From the IMG/VR virus record IMGVR_UViG_3300026549_000895, positions 96,001 through 160,000 of that record: a DNA stretch of 64,000 nucleotides. One strand, given 5' to 3'. Within the stretch, counting starts at the first letter, position 1, and each line of letters opens with the position of its first letter. Source of the DNA: a virus. Its lineage: Duplodnaviria > Caudoviricetes. A program made the position numbers and the translations under genes. This document shows, in pieces, positions 60,173 to 64,000 of the stretch. The notes under the pieces were generated by a model. The model worked only from the letters and a program-made list of their open reading frames with translations. It did not search any database and was not told where the DNA came from.

Positions 60173-61813
60173 TTATAACATCTCTCCATTCATCCATTCA
60201 AACAGTTTGCAAATTGTATCTAATACATCCAACATCATCTTGGAAGATTCATAGATGAAAGGTTTTCCAAGTAATGAAGGATCATTATGATTTACAATGG
60301 TATATGAACTCAGAATAGAATTCAATATATTCTGTATGAATGATTGTACGTTTGTTCCAGATAATAAATAATCTGATAACTTATTTGCAGATGCATATCT
60401 GTAAATGGTATCAAGATCTTTCTTTGTAAGTGTCTTTGTAGAAGTAGTAACTGTTTTAGCAGTCAACAGATTGATGATTGGTGAGGTTGTCGAATCATAT
60501 TCTGATACTTCGCAAAGTTCCATTATTATATCACGCACATACAAAAGCAATATGTATCTCTGCTTCTGTGATATTGTACGAGTGGAAACCGTTGAATGGA
60601 ATCTGTTATAAAGAATTGCGTCTATGAGGATTGCTGAAAGTTCGTTCATTTCAGGAAGATTCTTCATATAGAAATCAAGTGATGACAAATCGGTTGACAA
60701 TGCGATTTCACCGATGATGTTATTCAAGTCTTCCGTCATGCATACAAACTTACCGGGATTGAATGAACGAAGTGCGGATATAGATGAATTCGAAGTTATG
60801 GAATCATCAAGTATCTGACTGACGTCATCAACCGTTGCAAGTGAATAACGAAGCTGAACTTTTCTTGTTACGCTTGCTGCTGAATTAATAACCGATTTAA
60901 TCAATCCTACACATGAATATGCCGGACGCTTATTATCATAATCCCATTCTGAAGCAAATGTTAATTTGATAAGTCCATTACACATCAATTCTTTCTTAAG
61001 AACTGAATTTGTGAGTGTTGTAATAGTAACACCTTGAAGCGCCTGCATATCACATATATTTGAATTGGCTTTAACGAATTGGAGTACTGACTTACTTACA
61101 TAGCGATACAGTACAACATACATATTCTCATTACGCTTGTTCATTGTTTCGGTATATGCATGAGCGAACAGTTTGTACATGTTCGTAGGACTATTTCCTG
61201 TTGATAGAATGAAGTGTTCAATAAAGATATGAAGTATCTTCATCTGGAAAGTCACTATGTAAGTATCTCTCAAGAATGAGAGGTCAAACAATCCAACTAC
61301 GTCATCACCAACATCGTTTTCATCGACCATCTTTTCTATCTTTTCAATTGTTCTTGGAGGGAACAACTCTTCATATATCTTATCAAAATATTCATTGAAT
61401 GTTTCAATAGTATATGTTTGTGAGTCAGTTATGTTCTTTGCTATGAACATAGAAGTTATAAGATCATTGTCAGGATCATACAGAGCACAGAAGAATGAGA
61501 TCTGTTCACATATGATATTCTGTAACTTTGGACGACGTGATCTCATCTGGAAAATCTGTATTTCCGGAACCTTTACAACAGATTCCCCGAACACGCTTTT
61601 GAAGTTGACAATGATTTGTTTGGAAGCATGTCTCATGATTACATCTTCAGGAACAGGCATCCAATCTTTGAAGCGAGTCTTTTTATAATGCTTCTTATGC
61701 ATTCCAAGCGGAAATGCATTGTATGGATATTCGGTTGAATGTGTTGTATCATACGTATATTCCTCATCGGGATCATACGTATAAAGCAAAGCCTTGTCGA
61801 GTATATCTGCCAT
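60173..61813 (-). CDS. Putative promoter-specificity (sigma-like) subunit of nvRNAP, AR9 gp226-like
   Basis: Helical 546 aa protein next to beta'. IIVNFKSVFG, NDLITSM..YT...F and MKILHIFIEHF resemble gp226 as recalled from memory (not aligned). Confidence 0.6.
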   Translation of the reverse strand: MADILDKALLYTYDPDEEYTYDTTHSTEYPYNAFPLGMHKKHYKKTRFKDWMPVPEDVIMRHASKQIIVNFKSVFGESVVKVPEIQIFQMRSRRPKLQNIICEQISFFCALYDPDNDLITSMFIAKNITDSQTYTIETFNEYFDKIYEELFPPRTIEKIEKMVDENDVGDDVVGLFDLSFLRDTYIVTFQMKILHIFIEHFILSTGNSPTNMYKLFAHAYTETMNKRNENMYVVLYRYVSKSVLQFVKANSNICDMQALQGVTITTLTNSVLKKELMCNGLIKLTFASEWDYDNKRPAYSCVGLIKSVINSAASVTRKVQLRYSLATVDDVSQILDDSITSNSSISALRSFNPGKFVCMTEDLNNIIGEIALSTDLSSLDFYMKNLPEMNELSAILIDAILYNRFHSTVSTRTISQKQRYILLLYVRDIIMELCEVSEYDSTTSPIINLLTAKTVTTSTKTLTKKDLDTIYRYASANKLSDYLLSGTNVQSFIQNILNSILSSYTIVNHNDPSLLGKPFIYESSKMMLDVLDTICKLFEWMNGEML

Positions 61814-61835
61814 TTCGAATTACACACCCTTTATA

Positions 61836-62474
61836 TTAGTATTGAATGAAACCTGCGGTGATACATGAGATGTATCCTAAAAACACATTATCCTTTTTCT
61901 GTATTTTTCCTTCGGTTCCATCTTGGAACATTTGTGACAAATATAAGAAATCATCACAAACTGTTAGTACAATTGGTTCTTCGATAGTTGCACATTTATT
62001 AATGATATTCAAATCTGATGTGACAATTGTTGAGTTTACATGTTCTTTGATTATGGGATCTATGTCTCCATAGACATATTCTACTTTGAATGGAAATGAA
62101 CCCTTAATATATTTTTCTATATGAGAAGAATACTGTCGTGAGTATATTGCAAGATATGGAATACTTTGAATTTTTGCTGCATCGAATATCTTATAGATGA
62201 ATTTATTCGTAGGCTTCAAAGCGTATGCTGATTCATAAAATACTTCTTCTTGAGATATGTAATCAGCATCTTCCTTGGGGATACCTTGCTTTTGTAAATA
62301 CTCGGAGAAATTATATTCTTTTCGATTTACATAATCAGATATCAACTGCTGGTCAGAAACATCTATTATTTTATTTTTGCGATATTGGTCGGCTACATTG
62401 TAGCCGACCATCGCAACTATTTCTTCATATGAACAGATGATACCCTCTTTACCGATGAATGATAAATCGAGCAT
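61836..62474 (-). CDS. Hypothetical protein (possible degenerate HAD fold); start reassigned to MLDLSF
   Basis: The first 21 codons of the track ORF lie in the omegaRNA copy and its flank; ATG at 62474. Confidence 0.7.
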   Translation of the reverse strand: MLDLSFIGKEGIICSYEEIVAMVGYNVADQYRKNKIIDVSDQQLISDYVNRKEYNFSEYLQKQGIPKEDADYISQEEVFYESAYALKPTNKFIYKIFDAAKIQSIPYLAIYSRQYSSHIEKYIKGSFPFKVEYVYGDIDPIIKEHVNSTIVTSDLNIINKCATIEEPIVLTVCDDFLYLSQMFQDGTEGKIQKKDNVFLGYISCITAGFIQY

Positions 62475-62482
62475 GTGAAATC

Positions 62483-62626
62483 CTGACGATTTGTTCTTAC
62501 CCAAGAAATCTAACGATTTCAGACAGTAAGCTATCACCCGGTGTCGAATCCGGGCTAATTATGAATTAAATATTAATCGTTTTTCCTTTCATTATATTAT
62601 TTTCAACATAATATATTTAATCCATT
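62483..62626 (-). ncRNA. Orphan omegaRNA scaffold; guide predicted at 62482 to ~62463
   Basis: Same hairpins as copy 1, with a compensatory change from GGAATC/GATTCC to GAAATC/GATTTC. Confidence 0.75.
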
Positions 62627-62749
62627 AAAACATTTTAAAATGTTTGATACTGATTTCTCAAATCACAAATTAACTATTCATGGTATCTTGGTTATCGATT
62701 ACCAATTAATTTGTGATTATTATATGAGAAATTTGATGTTTGTGTTTGA
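62483..62749 (-). mobile_element. Non-autonomous 267 bp derivative of the TnpB element, carrying the omegaRNA scaffold
   Basis: 62483-62626 is homologous to 4433-4577 (42 nt identical core). Left end TCAAACACAAACAT resembles TCCAATACAAACAA. Sits between an AAGGAGG (62752-62758) and the ATG at 62474. Confidence 0.8.
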
Positions 62750-62768
62750 ATCCTCCTTCAATGATGAA

Positions 62769-63395
62769 TTAGAATGGAGATTCCATCTCTGCTGATGTTG
62801 AAGTTTCAGGTGTGGATGTAGCTTCACCCATAGCAGCACCGAAATCATCAGGTACCTTTGACACGATCATCTTATCATATATCTTCTGACAGATATCAAT
62901 GAATGCTGTCCAGCCTCCATTCCATCCGAAGTACTGACGGAACATAATGGAACGAGGATTACCCTTTCCATCTTCAGCTATTGTAAGCTTAACACCGCTC
63001 TCAGAACCAATGATTGAAATGGTGCGAGTACCACGAGTGTGTGATACATTCAGTTCCTTAGGATTTGCATTCTTGAGATTAACAAGAGCGGATACTTCAT
63101 CAATTCCGAGATATACTGCTGGGAGTGTTGAAGGCTTTCCTTCCTCGAAGGTTATCTTTCCTGTACCAGGATTCTTTACACCGGTATATACTCTTACGAT
63201 TGCTTTAGCTCCACCCTGCTGGGAAAGCCAAAGCTCTGTTGATACATAAGAATCATCTCCATAGATCTTCGGGAACTTGTAATGCTTGTCAGTAGCGTTT
63301 AGATTTCCTCCATTGTTACCAGCATTGAAGTTTCCACCGCCGTTGTTCTGATTTCCTCCGTTGTTAAAGCTTCCATTGTAAGTGTTGAATGGCAT
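62769..63395 (-). CDS. Putative single-stranded DNA-binding protein
   Basis: Beta-rich core, Asn/Gly-rich N-tail and acidic C-tail ending EMESPF (like the SSB DDDIPF tip); in the RNAP/replication block. Confidence 0.55.
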   Translation of the reverse strand: MPFNTYNGSFNNGGNQNNGGGNFNAGNNGGNLNATDKHYKFPKIYGDDSYVSTELWLSQQGGAKAIVRVYTGVKNPGTGKITFEEGKPSTLPAVYLGIDEVSALVNLKNANPKELNVSHTRGTRTISIIGSESGVKLTIAEDGKGNPRSIMFRQYFGWNGGWTAFIDICQKIYDKMIVSKVPDDFGAAMGEATSTPETSTSAEMESPF

Positions 63396-63487
63396 GATTT
63401 TTCATTCCTTTCGTTGTAATAAAATTCATCGTTACCTTCATGAGATAACAAAGTATATGTTAGTTGTGTTAAATATATACTTTTATA

Positions 63488-64000
63488 TTATTCTTCTTCG
63501 TATTTATCACGAATAGATTGAATAATATCATAAATATTTGAACAATCTTGCTGATGAACATTGAATGTATTTCTAAGAATATTATCATTCTCTTCATCGT
63601 ATTTATCAATCAATTCCTGATTTTCAATATCATCAATATCTTCATTGACAAATATCTCAACATACTCATGAAGAGTCTCACATATCATATTAAGATCTGA
63701 TATATTCTTGATTGGAGTTTGATTCATTAATAATGTAGCTTCAATTCCATTAATAATCTTGACGAATTTCTCCGTGAAGTATTCATTAACGAATTTAACA
63801 ACATCATCTTCGGAGCCCATGTCATCTGTAAGTTCACTACTATTATCTCTGATGACAGAAAGAATATCTCTGAGATGATCTATTACGTTCAGATATTGAA
63901 CATACCAACCATATGGATCTGTAAAGATTGCATCACCTCCTAATTCATTCAATTCTTCATCACAGTTATATGCGACTCCAGCTCTTGCTTCAATCCATGG
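63488..64000 (-). CDS. Acidic hypothetical protein, 5' end outside the window
   Basis: Frame stays open from 63952 to the window edge. Confidence 0.7.
   Translation of the reverse strand, partial: PWIEARAGVAYNCDEELNELGGDAIFTDPYGWYVQYLNVIDHLRDILSVIRDNSSELTDDMGSEDDVVKFVNEYFTEKFVKIINGIEATLLMNQTPIKNISDLNMICETLHEYVEIFVNEDIDDIENQELIDKYDEENDNILRNTFNVHQQDCSNIYDIIQSIRDKYEEE

Noticed and set aside
60173-61813. Chimallin (phage nucleus shell), suggested by its position next to nvRNAP beta' as in phiKZ
   Set aside because: The sequence looks all-helical and better resembles AR9 gp226 as I recall it. No chimallin features were recognised. HHpred would settle it.
62483-62749. Group I intron / IStron, since the element ends in G and is intron-sized
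   Set aside because: No P7 (R/S) core sequences were recognised. The conserved part is explained by the TnpB omegaRNA.
1-64000. Stop-codon reassignment, tRNA genes, complete DGR, introns in RNAP genes
   Set aside because: Long ORFs are intact in the standard code. No tRNA cloverleaf, reverse transcriptase or RNAP gene interruption was seen by eye.

Overview
This is a 64 kb AT-rich segment (roughly one-third G+C, estimated by eye) of a jumbo bacteriophage genome of the AR9/PBS1/phiKZ-like type, with its own multisubunit RNA polymerases. It encodes a virion-type RNAP beta subunit (46795-51030), a non-virion-type beta' N-half with NADFDGD (58759-60141), an adjacent AR9 gp226-like specificity subunit and an SSB-like protein. 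It also encodes fibre and virion proteins, a holin, a SleB-type hydrolase, nucleotide-metabolism enzymes and many small hypothetical genes. Strong AAGGAGG RBSs, an NrdD glycyl-radical fragment, zf-trcl ribbons and a Ruminococcus-type dockerin suggest an anaerobic Firmicute host, probably Ruminococcus-like (inference). The main findings are: (1) an intact TnpB element plus, 58 kb away, a 267 bp protein-less sister element that keeps the omegaRNA scaffold (with a compensatory base-pair change) and a different guide; (2) a stand-alone dockerin gene behind a late-type promoter; (3) a stand-alone NrdD glycyl-radical domain; (4) two phage promoter classes readable from the intergenic DNA (ATGTATATYWTTAAT and ACR-N6-TAA); and (5) a 168 nt structured element with two anti-SD motifs behind the vRNAP gene. 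All family assignments come from motif recognition by eye. No database searches were run.
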